Shown here in pieces: positions 18,001 to 27,200 of a stretch of DNA of 64,000 bases. Location: contig CAZETU010000006.1 in assembly GCA_964514585.1 (NCBI GenBank), forward strand, positions 1 to 64,000, in the 5' to 3' direction. The stretch's first letter is position 1. Each line of letters opens with the position of its first letter. Under the pieces are notes generated by a model. It made no database searches. It saw nothing but the letters and a program-made list of their open reading frames with translations, and was not told where the DNA came from. A program made the translations under genes and the position numbers. Source of the stretch: Candidatus Woesearchaeota archaeon (lineage in GTDB: Archaea; Nanobdellota; Nanobdellia; Pacearchaeales; GW2011-AR1).

Positions 18001-19212
18001 ATGCGTAAACTAGATAAATCTGGATTATTTTTATTTGACATGGGTATTTTTAAATTTTTTAGAAATAGGAAAGCTATTTCGTCAGAAGTGAAAGTTGAGG
18101 ATATTAGTTTTAGCGATATTGAAGACTGGATTAAGAAAAAGGTAGAAATACTTTTGCGAAATGAGACAGAGACGCTTAGGAAAGCTGAGGATAAATTGAA
18201 GGAATTTTATATTTCTGTTGAATCTAAGCTGGAAGGGTTGGAGAAAATTGATCTTAAATCTAAGAAAGAACACGAGCGGACGAAAATTTTGGTTAGACAG
18301 GGTTTGAATAATTATGTTAATTCGGTTCGTGTTTTATTGAGAGACTTGAATGGACTCGATAAGAACAATTTGGAAAATTTTGCTCGGGAACTTAATAAGA
18401 TGTTCATGCATTTTGAAAAGACTAGTGCTGTATTTTATGGACGGGCTACTTATTTGATTGGGGATGAGATGGCAGCTGTTCGGAATGAAATTCGAATTTT
18501 TTATAATGGAATGCTTAAGGAGATTGGTGAATCGTTGATTAATGATTTGAAAAGGACTGATAAGATTAAATTAAAACTTGAGAAGATTAATAATAATAAT
18601 TTTATGGAAATTGAGAAAGGGATTATGGTGAGGAATGAGAAAATTGATGAGGCTATGAATAAAGAAAAGGGATTGAGGGGTGAGATTGAGGAAATTTTGA
18701 ATAGTTCGGAACATGCTTTGAGATTAAAGGTTAGAGAGAATATTGAAAAGTTTGAGGTTGGGTTAGATGGGGAAGTCGGTCGGTTGAAGGAACTCATTGA
18801 TTTTAAAAAATTAACAACCCTTACTCATTCAAACGAAAGGGAACTTAAGACTGTTAAAGATTATAGGGCGCATTTTGTTTCAGAATTTTTTGAAGATAAT
18901 GGAGAAAGATTGCTTGCTTTATTAGTGAGTTGCAATATGAAAAGTTCTGAAATTAATAATCAGGTTGATTTGATTAAGAAAAAAAGACTTGAGTTAGATG
19001 AGAAACGTAAGAAAGTTGGAGTTGATTATACCGTCGTTAAATTGAAGGAGATTGACGGAACTGTGAAAGAACGAGAAATTATTGAGTTGGAGAATATCAA
19101 AGAGGATCGTCGTTTGGAGGATTTAAAATTGAAGATGAAGGGGCTAAAGAATGAGGTTATTGAATTAGTTGAAGAGTTTGGTGGAATTAAGATCGTTTCA
19201 ATACCAAGCTGA
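18001..19212 (+). CDS. Hypothetical long coiled-coil protein
   Basis: 403-aa K/E/L-rich helical ORF; the start may be the internal MGIFKFF. Confidence 0.7.
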   Translation: MRKLDKSGLFLFDMGIFKFFRNRKAISSEVKVEDISFSDIEDWIKKKVEILLRNETETLRKAEDKLKEFYISVESKLEGLEKIDLKSKKEHERTKILVRQGLNNYVNSVRVLLRDLNGLDKNNLENFARELNKMFMHFEKTSAVFYGRATYLIGDEMAAVRNEIRIFYNGMLKEIGESLINDLKRTDKIKLKLEKINNNNFMEIEKGIMVRNEKIDEAMNKEKGLRGEIEEILNSSEHALRLKVRENIEKFEVGLDGEVGRLKELIDFKKLTTLTHSNERELKTVKDYRAHFVSEFFEDNGERLLALLVSCNMKSSEINNQVDLIKKKRLELDEKRKKVGVDYTVVKLKEIDGTVKEREIIELENIKEDRRLEDLKLKMKGLKNEVIELVEEFGGIKIVSIPS

Positions 19213-19215
19213 TTT

Positions 19216-20028
19216 TTATTTGAAACTTTTACTTATTCCTTCTTTCCAGAATGATGGGAGCGGGTTTGCTATGAATCCTCTGAACTTGCTTGAATAAATG
19301 TGAGTTATTCCTTTATGTTCTTTGAATTTTTCAAAATGTTCGTTTGTTGATTCGTAAATTTTTTGGATTATTTTTCTTTCGAATTCTTTTTGTAGAAGTG
19401 AGGAGGGTTTTAGCGCTAGGAAGTCGGCTTGTCTTAGAATGTTTACTTCGAGGTTTGAGGAGTTTTGTGAAATAAATATTATGCTGATGTTTTTGTGTCG
19501 CGCTACCATTATTAATTGGCTTAGTAGTTTGTTTGCGTTGCTCATTGAACTTCTTGAATTGAACAGGACTCCTCCTTCGTCAATTAAGACCATTGAGTTG
19601 TTTTTGATTTTTTCTATGTCTGAGACGACGTTTATCCATGAGGGCATTTCTTCTTCTTTGAATCCTATTGCGAAACATTCTTTTTTGTGTCTTGAGTGGA
19701 AATTTTCTAGAAATTTTATTCCGAATGCGGTTTTACCTGATCCTCTTGCTCCTAAGATTATTCCTATTTGACTGTCGGATTTTGAAACGTGGTCTATCCA
19801 CTTGAAGTAGTCGCCTTCTATTATATGGATGATTTTGAATTCTTCGTGTTTTGGTTTAATGGCATTTCTTTTTACTTTTACCTTTTCTACCTTGCTTTTT
19901 TCTGATATTTTTTTACCGAGTTTGTATGAACCTTTGACGTAATAGTATGGTAGTTTTACTATGAAAAGTAGGCTTTTGCCTAGATATTTTAGAAATTTTG
20001 AGTCTTCTTTTTTCTTCTTTTTTGCCAT
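19216..20028 (-). CDS. P-loop ATPase (FtsK/HerA/A32-like or Zot-like)
   Basis: Walker A GARGSGKT, Walker B VLIDEGG, ARHKNISIIFISQ arginine-finger/Gln motif. Confidence 0.75.
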   Translation of the reverse strand: MAKKKKKEDSKFLKYLGKSLLFIVKLPYYYVKGSYKLGKKISEKSKVEKVKVKRNAIKPKHEEFKIIHIIEGDYFKWIDHVSKSDSQIGIILGARGSGKTAFGIKFLENFHSRHKKECFAIGFKEEEMPSWINVVSDIEKIKNNSMVLIDEGGVLFNSRSSMSNANKLLSQLIMVARHKNISIIFISQNSSNLEVNILRQADFLALKPSSLLQKEFERKIIQKIYESTNEHFEKFKEHKGITHIYSSKFRGFIANPLPSFWKEGISKSFK

Positions 20029-20134
20029 ACTTAAGTTAATGTTGGTTTGGATTATAAATTTATGTTTACATTTTGATGTAGTTAGATTTAAAATAGTTAG
20101 ATTTGTTAAGTTTTAGTAAGCCGCATCGTATTGG

Positions 20135-20215
20135 GCCCACATCGTATAATGGTATTGCACCGGTCTAGAAAACCGGGCCTGAAAGGGCATCCCCGTTCGA
20201 TTCGGGGTGTGGGCG
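20135..20215 (+). tRNA. tRNA-Ser(AGA), A34 anticodon
   Basis: Acceptor GCCCACA/TGTGGGC, anticodon stem CCGGT/ACCGG with loop CT-AGA-AA (20167-20169), variable arm GCCT-GAAA-GGGC, T-arm CCCCG-TTCGATT-CGGGG, discriminator G. Confidence 0.9.
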
Positions 20216-20289
20216 TTCCCTTATTCTAATGGTCGCGAGATGAAATTGTATATCATTAATTTTATATATTCTAATTATTTGTTTAGAGT

Positions 20290-20454
20290 ATGAATAAAGA
20301 AAATTTAGAACTGGCTGAAGAGCATGTCAAGTTAGCTGGAGAGCTTGTGACGAAAGAAGCGCAAGAATCCGACGGCGATGAGAAGAAGATTTTGACTGAT
20401 GCTGCTTTCTCGCTTGAAAAGGCTGAGGCTGATTTAGAAGAGAGTACCGATTAG
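20290..20454 (+). CDS. Small acidic helical protein (54 aa; not in ORF track)
   Basis: MNKENLELAEEHVKLAGELVTKEAQESDGDEKKILTDAAFSLEKAEADLEESTD; TTTATATA about 22 nt upstream. Confidence 0.6.
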   Translation: MNKENLELAEEHVKLAGELVTKEAQESDGDEKKILTDAAFSLEKAEADLEESTD

Positions 20455-21440
20455 AATTCCATTTCAATTCGTAGTTCTGTTAGCGCGTTGAGATATTTCC
20501 CTATCATTCTTAGATGGTGGAATATTTCTTTTTCGTCTTCGTTTGCTTTTTGGTATAGCTCGGCTGCTTCTAAGAAAATTTCTTTATCAATATTCGAGAT
20601 TTTATTGACTTTTTCTGGGTCGAATTTGTAAAATAAATCGTAATAAATGTTGAAGGTGTCGCTTGTTGCCTTGGCTAGCTTTTTTATGTTGGTGAATTTT
20701 TCATTTGGGAAATCTCGTAATAGGTGGAATGATATGTTTTTGAATTCGTCTCCGATAAGTTCTAGTAGCCATAGGGTTGAAAATAATAATTCGGATTTTC
20801 TTAATTCTTGGTTGCTTGTTTTGTTTAGGATTCGAATGCAATAATCGTGGAATTTGTCTAGGTTGACGTCGACGTTGTGTATATTTATTAGGTTGCTGGA
20901 GTTATTTTTGTTTATGGCCCCCAGGGTCTCTTCTGTCATTTGTTGAATCAATAAGAAGACTCGTCTTAAGGAATTGTCAAATTCTTTGCTTGTTGTTTCG
21001 CCCATTTCTTTTATTAAAATGAAATCTTTTCCGTGCTCAACGATTTCAAAGCCGATAAATCGGTCTACGAATCCTTGCAAAGCGCCTAGGACATTTTTCT
21101 TTTCTCTTTGTTTTTTATATCTTAGGTCGAGTTTGTGGGTTGTGAAAAATTTATAGGGGTCGTCAAATGTTTGTTTTGGATCAAATTTAACTAGGACTTC
21201 GTCGTAACCTTCTCGGTAAACGGCCATGAAATATTTCCAAATGGTTGGGATATCCATACCTTCTATGTTGAATTCGGCTTTTTTCCTTTCGCTGGTTTTT
21301 TCTGTTGTAATAAAAAGTCCGTTATCTTTTTCGATTAAATCTATTTCTTTTCCTGGCATTAAATTAAATTTTTTACTCCAGTTGCTGGGAAGAGTTATTG
21401 TTAATGTGTTGTGTCCTTGTTTGATTATTTTTCTTTTCAT
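20451..21440 (-). CDS. phoU: AbrB/SpoVT-PhoU phosphate uptake regulator
   Basis: N-terminal MKRKII..G..TLTITLP..W (AbrB-like); PhoU helices Y..GYD, GFEIV, D..VDKF, LELIGD. Confidence 0.85.
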   Translation of the reverse strand: MKRKIIKQGHNTLTITLPSNWSKKFNLMPGKEIDLIEKDNGLFITTEKTSERKKAEFNIEGMDIPTIWKYFMAVYREGYDEVLVKFDPKQTFDDPYKFFTTHKLDLRYKKQREKKNVLGALQGFVDRFIGFEIVEHGKDFILIKEMGETTSKEFDNSLRRVFLLIQQMTEETLGAINKNNSSNLINIHNVDVNLDKFHDYCIRILNKTSNQELRKSELLFSTLWLLELIGDEFKNISFHLLRDFPNEKFTNIKKLAKATSDTFNIYYDLFYKFDPEKVNKISNIDKEIFLEAAELYQKANEDEKEIFHHLRMIGKYLNALTELRIEMEF

Positions 21441-21556
21441 CTTATTATTTATAGAGAAAAATATATTTAAATGTTTTTCAATATATACACTAGTGAAGAT
21501 AGGGTTATATATATTGGGTAGAGAATATATTGGAAATTATTAAGTGAGAATTTTGG

Positions 21557-21820
21557 TTGATTTTTTTATGGAAACTAGAGAAGTCCGAGGCTGAAATGAC
21601 GTGTGAGAGGTTGAAAGAATTAATGGAATATGAGTTGCCTCATTACCAAGAGCAACTTAGGGAAAGGGGGGTTTATTTTGATTGGCTAACTAAGTATGAT
21701 GTTTGGGATTATTTAGTTGAGAGAGATTTCCAGAAGAGATATTTTAGAGAGTGGGCTGCGAACGAAAAGCGAGAATTTTGTGGTGGGTGTGATGCTAATG
21801 GTAGTTGTGATATTCGATGA
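21557..21820 (+). CDS. Hypothetical protein
   Basis: 87-aa ORF with a C-terminal CGGC...C; true start uncertain. Confidence 0.45.
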   Translation: MIFLWKLEKSEAEMTCERLKELMEYELPHYQEQLRERGVYFDWLTKYDVWDYLVERDFQKRYFREWAANEKREFCGGCDANGSCDIR

Positions 21821-23701
21821 TTAGTCTAGGTTTGCGTTTATGACTCTAACATCTGGTGACCATAGTGAAACTTTGTCGCCTTTGAACCTTACTCCTCTTG
21901 CTACTTTTTGGACTAGTTCTCTTCTGGCTTTGTCCATATAGAATTCCATGAATTTTTCTGGTTGTTCTTGTTTTAGGATTTTCCAGAATAGTCCTTGGAT
22001 GTTTGGGTAGGGAAATTTTGTGACGACGATTGAATTGCATTTTTCTCCGGCGAAGTCCACTCCCCTTGAACATTTCGTTGTGAAGAGAATGTCTTCTTCG
22101 CCTGATGTGAATTCGTCGATGTTTGTGTTACCTCGGGATTGGATATCTCTTAATCTTTCTTGAGTTATTAGGTTGTCGAATTTTAGTCTTGCATTTTCTT
22201 CTTCGGTTGGGAGATCTTTGAATGCTGAGACATGGACTAGCGTTGGGGGCTTTGCATTTGCCATACACAAATCTAATATTTTTAGATACATGTTTCTTGT
22301 GATTGTCCCATTTTTGTAGTTTGAGAAGCTACAGTTTCTTTCGAGGCCTGTTCGTTGTTTGTAGATTTTCCCTGGGTTTTTTGTTTCGGCTTCAACTACT
22401 TTGAAGCTATCTAGGCCGAAGATGTCTTTTAGGACTTGCTCTGAATGTAATGTTCCTGACATCATAACTAGGACGTTGTTTTGGTCTACTAGTTCTTGGA
22501 GTTTTTGGGCGAGGTTGATTGAGACTAGGCTGACCATAATGGTGTCTTCGGATTTTTTTGAGAAGAATCCTTTTTGGTTTTTGTCTTTTTCTATTTTGTC
22601 GATTGCGATGTATGTTTCGTCTAGGAGGTTTTCGAATATTCTGGCAATCTCTACGATGCTATTGTAATAGTTGAGTTCTTCGTCTTCGGCGAGGTTTGGA
22701 TTTTCAAGGACTGTTTCTATTAGTTTTATAATTGGGGAAGATTTTATTTTTTGAATGTCAACTATTGGTGGGGAGAAAAGCATGTCGTTTATTTCATGAA
22801 TTAGTTCTTTGACTTTGGTTCGTTTTTCTTGGTCTTTTGGGACTAGGCTTGAGAGGGCAGAGTGGAGTCGGTTTAGGTTGATTTTTCTTTCGTTAGCGAA
22901 GCTGTCTAAGAATTCGTCGCATTCGTCGATTATTTCTAGGTCTGTTTTTGGCTTTCGTCCCATTTGGGTTTCGATTTGATATTTCATTGAGTTGAAGATT
23001 AGGACATCAGCGTCTTTGTAGGATTTGTATTGGTCATAATATCCGCAGCCAGTTTTTCTGCAGAATAAGGCGTATTCTTTTCCGCAGATTGCTTCGTATT
23101 TTTTCTTGTTGGTTTCTGGGAGACCTTTTGGATTTACTTCTGCGGGCATTAATGGAGCCCAGTATGGACAGGCTGGTGCGATATTCATTCTTTTGACGTC
23201 GGAGGCTGTGGAAAAATCTCCTTTTTCTACTTCTGGGTTCATGTCGACGTATTTTAGAAGTTGTTCTGTATTTTTGTCTCGGATTTCAATTGTACAAGGG
23301 AGTTCTGGGTCGTCGGCTCTTTCTCCGCTGAACGGACATCTGAAATTATTTCTGCCTTTGATGACTGCGATATTTAGAGGCTTTTTGTCTTTGAGGATGA
23401 ATTGTTTTTTTGTGTAGTCTGTTTCGTATTGTTCTTGGAGGGATTTTATTGGGACGACTATGGAAGTTTTTTTGAAATGTCTTGCGAGGTTTAGGGCGAT
23501 TGCGCTTTTCCCAGAGCCGCAAACTCCTTTGATGAAGATGATTTTGTTGCCGTCATTAATTGCGTCTAGGATTTCTTTGACTATGTCTGCTTGGGTTTTT
23601 CCGTTTGAGAAAGTTAGGGGCGGAAGTTCTTCGCTTGAGCTACTGAATAAATTTGCCCCATCGCCTGAATCGTCCTCGGTTTTTTTATATAATGACCACA
23701 T
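21821..23701 (-). CDS. XPD/DinG (Rad3)-like SF2 helicase with Fe-S cysteines
   Basis: Walker A GVCGSGKS, KGRNNF.C, several Cys, IIDECD, MSGTL, RGVDF, Q..ARGVR. Confidence 0.8.
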   Translation of the reverse strand: MWSLYKKTEDDSGDGANLFSSSSEELPPLTFSNGKTQADIVKEILDAINDGNKIIFIKGVCGSGKSAIALNLARHFKKTSIVVPIKSLQEQYETDYTKKQFILKDKKPLNIAVIKGRNNFRCPFSGERADDPELPCTIEIRDKNTEQLLKYVDMNPEVEKGDFSTASDVKRMNIAPACPYWAPLMPAEVNPKGLPETNKKKYEAICGKEYALFCRKTGCGYYDQYKSYKDADVLIFNSMKYQIETQMGRKPKTDLEIIDECDEFLDSFANERKINLNRLHSALSSLVPKDQEKRTKVKELIHEINDMLFSPPIVDIQKIKSSPIIKLIETVLENPNLAEDEELNYYNSIVEIARIFENLLDETYIAIDKIEKDKNQKGFFSKKSEDTIMVSLVSINLAQKLQELVDQNNVLVMMSGTLHSEQVLKDIFGLDSFKVVEAETKNPGKIYKQRTGLERNCSFSNYKNGTITRNMYLKILDLCMANAKPPTLVHVSAFKDLPTEEENARLKFDNLITQERLRDIQSRGNTNIDEFTSGEEDILFTTKCSRGVDFAGEKCNSIVVTKFPYPNIQGLFWKILKQEQPEKFMEFYMDKARRELVQKVARGVRFKGDKVSLWSPDVRVINANLD

Positions 23702-23813
23702 ATTATGCCTCTTTAGGATTAGAAATCGGGGTGATGGTTTAAAGGCTTTGTTGTAACTGAAGATACTTATTAATCATATAAAAATTTATATATATTTATG
23801 CTTGTGAATTGTT

Positions 23814-24053
23814 ATGGATGGAGTTTTAGAGAAGCAGGTTTTGTTTGATGGTGGAGAATGCCCAAAAAAATGGGTGGAGTATGGGGGTGCACCTGGGCAA
23901 ATCCCGGATGAATTTGTTGAAAGTTGTAGGATGGGTGCGGCGAATTTACATGTATTTAGAATGGGCTGGTATCGTGAGTGTTTTTCATGTGGCTATAAAA
24001 TAGGCTGTCAAGAACGTGCTTGCAATACTGGAGAACAGGGCGAAGGCTGTTGA
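23814..24053 (+). CDS. Hypothetical small Cys-containing protein
   Basis: 79-aa ORF with CFSCG; TTTATA upstream. Confidence 0.45.
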   Translation: MDGVLEKQVLFDGGECPKKWVEYGGAPGQIPDEFVESCRMGAANLHVFRMGWYRECFSCGYKIGCQERACNTGEQGEGC

Positions 24054-24133
24054 GAGTTGGTGTGTTATTTTATTGTGGTATATATATAGGTGGTTGATTT
24101 TTAGTGAATCGTCTAAATCTTTTTTGGCTTTTA

Positions 24134-24180
24134 TCGACGGTGATGTTGTTTTCTTTATCCTTGAGTAAAATATTTTATCC
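24134..24180 (+). promoter_or_regulatory. Tripartite upstream motif, copy 1 (TCGACGGTG..TTATCCTT..TTTTATCC)
   Basis: The same three blocks recur at 29956-30003 with spacings within 1 bp and the same distance to the TATA box and ATG. Confidence 0.6.
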
Positions 24181-24265
24181 GAATTTTCTTGAAAGTTACA
24201 GGTACTAATGTTTAGTGATGAAAAACTGGCGAAAGTGTTAAATAGATATATGTTTTTAGTTGGAT

Positions 24266-27200
24266 ATGAAATCGGAAAAAACATGTATTAGTTTGGTGGT
24301 TTTCTCGTTGCTATTATTGACTTTTGGTTTTAGTTTTGTTAGTGCTGTTCCGATTAGTACAACTTCTCATGATTCAAATCCTGAAATAAACCCCGAGTGG
24401 TCTACAGCTGGTATTCCTGTTGATTATACAGTTACTATTTGTAATTTGCTTGGTGGTGGTGGTGATTCTATAGATGAAGTTAGAATATATCAGAGTTCTG
24501 GATACACTATTATTAGTGCTGATGAGAAGGATAATTGGTTTAAATCTGCATGGAATCCAATATAGGAGTTTTACCAATATACAGCTAATGGTCCAATCTA
24601 TTATATTGATGAAGATGAATGCACTGATTTTACCTTTACCGCTCAGACACCTGATGAGGCTGCTTGTTCTGTTGAATGGAAATTTGAGACTAGAGATTTA
24701 AATAATGTTTGGAAAGAGATAACTGACACCACAAGTGTTGACAAGCTTAAGCCGTCTCTTGTTAAAACGGTAACTGGTTCACAAATGCTTAATGGACTGA
24801 ATATTCCTTGTCCTAATGGTCCTGCAGATGGAGAGGAGTGCTGGATACGTCAAAGTACTGATATTGAAGTAGCTGTTAGTGATCAAGGTGTATGTAATCC
24901 TCCAAGCGGACTTGATTGGTGTGAGATAACATATATGTTAGATGGAAGTGGACCTAATTTAGTTGTATATGAGGATTTGGATGGAGAATTGACGTGGGGA
25001 CATACACTCTCTTTTGAAGAGGATTCTTTACATGTGTTAAGTGTTACTTGTATGGACCGAGCTGGTAACTTATTAGAAGATATTGAGGCATTTAGGGTTG
25101 ATGATACTCCTCCTGAAACCACAAAAACATATGATATTCCTAATTTTGCTCCCTTTGGAGATATAAATAATGGTGCGCCATATCCTCATTATATTGACAC
25201 AACCACCTCTATTGTTTTAGATGCTATTGATCCTGATCCTACTGGCGAATCATGTAATATTGGTGATGTGACAACTTATTATTTTGACACCATTGTGCCT
25301 GATTATCAATGTGAGAATGAGGGCGAGTGTCAGCCTATTTGCAAGCCTCTTCCTTTTTTACCTGTTGGTACATTTGGTGAACCATCTGTAACGCCTTGTA
25401 GTTGGGAAACTTATCTTGCTCCTTTTACAAAGGGCGAAGAGTCATGTCATATTTTACAGTTTTATAGTGTTGATGGTATTGGTAATATTGAGAATATGAA
25501 TCATCAATGTGTATTTGTAGAAGATAAGCCACCTATTGTTAATAAGAACAATGGTGATGCAATTTTTGATTTTGGTGAACCAAATTTTATAACAAGTGTT
25601 AATTCAAGGGGGGGGTTTCATTGGATAACATCAGATATGCCCATAACTTTTACTTGTACTGATCAAGAGCCACATCCGTCTGGAAATGAGGAGCTTTGTT
25701 TTAAGGTTTCTTATGATTATCCTAATTGGGATTATGTCACTAATGATTATTGTGATGGTGAATTAGAAAATGGATATTGTTGTGTTGATGCGACTCCAAA
25801 TGACCCTTTTGATTTTTACTTTAATGAAAATGAAGAGTCGATGCATAATTTAGAATATTTCTGTAGGGATGCTCTTGGTCATAAAAGCGATGAACATATT
25901 CAATATTATAAGGTTGATGATACTGCTCCTAGTTTGATTGAGAAGACTATCGATGGACCAAGGATTGCATTGCAAGGTGAATGTCCTCCAAGGCCTGGTA
26001 CAGATGACATTTGTCATATTGATGGTGTGACTACTATTGGTGTTGAAGTAGAAGACGGTGGAGAGATTTGTGCTATTGGTGTTGACGAGTGTAGGTGGAA
26101 GTATAGTGTATATAATGAATTTAAAGGATGGTCTCCATACACTGAATGGTATTATACTTTCCCAATAAACTTCCCTGAAGAATCTAAGCATGAGTTAGTG
26201 ATTGAGTGTTATGATGAATTAGGTAACACAATGGATGATACTGAGATATTTTATGTTGATAAGACTGCGCCTGAGACGACTTTTAGCGTTACTGGTCCAC
26301 AAATTCCTGATCCAATATTGGAGAGTTCTGATTATCCAAGGTATGTTGATACTGTTTCAAGGATAGTATTAAGTGCGACTGATGATATTGGACCTCATGA
26401 TTCTGGTGTAGATGAAACTTATTATAGAGTTACTCAAGTTGATGAACAATATTGTGAATCTGCTGCATCGGGATGTAGTGCTGCTCAAGGTGATGGTGTT
26501 TTGGGCGGATGGGCAACTTATTCTGTGCCGTTTGGAATTGATGAGTCTTGTCATTTGATTGAGTATTATAGTGTTGATAATGTTGATAAGATTGAAGATA
26601 CTGAGAAGCAATGTGTGTTTTCTGACCATACAGCGCCTTTAATTGAGAAAGAATTTGTGGGTTCACAGATTCCAAATCCTGCAATTGATTACCCATATCC
26701 TCATTACATTAATTCAGACACTATGGTTTATATAGTTGCAACGGATCCAGAGCCACATCCGTCTGGAATGAATAACGTTAAGTATAAAGTTACTTTGGTT
26801 GGAAATGATGCTTGTATGTCTGAGAATGTTTGTGAACTGACTGAAGGAAGTGGAGAGTTTATACCTATTAATGGAGGAGAAGTGAGATTTCCAATATTGG
26901 AGGATTCTTGTCACTTGATTGAGATAGAGGCTGAAGATAATGTTGGTAAAAAATCTGCGCATAAACAATGTGTCTTTGTTGATAATCAAAAACCCTTAAT
27001 TGAAAGAGAAATAATTGGTCCTAAGATTGGAGATTGTGCGCAGGGGCATATTGATGATTGTTATATTGACGGCGTTACAACTATTGAAGTAACCGTAACA
27101 GATCCAGAGCCACATCCAGTTAATGGAGTAACTTGTGAGTGGGATTATGATGTTTTGGGTGGAGAAAAAACAGGAACGGGAGATAGTGGATTAACGTCTC

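Noticed and set aside
20160-20176. Reading the second tRNA as Leu(TAG) or an amber suppressor (CTA) that could explain the TAG at 24563
   Set aside because: Only the register CCGGT/ACCGG gives a 5-bp stem with U33, and it places AGA at 34-36; the acceptor stem and G73 match tRNA-Ser.
21479-21533. Inverted and direct ATATAT repeats between phoU and the next gene
   Set aside because: Low-complexity AT sequence, explained equally well by back-to-back TATA boxes.
24155-24180. TTATCC blocks as DnaA boxes or a replication origin
   Set aside because: Only 6 of 9 positions match TTATCCACA, the host is archaeal, and there is no orc1/cdc6 or ORB-like element nearby.
24563-24565. Genome-wide TAG reassignment or pyrrolysine
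   Set aside because: TAG terminates many clear genes here (mscS, 29268 gene, tRNA-adjacent ORFs), other long genes have no internal TAG, and no pyl genes are present.
24474-24701. ORF-track 75-aa protein or a frameshift between 24565 and 24785
   Set aside because: The interval is open in the same frame as both flanking ORFs; the 75-aa ORF is an off-frame shadow.
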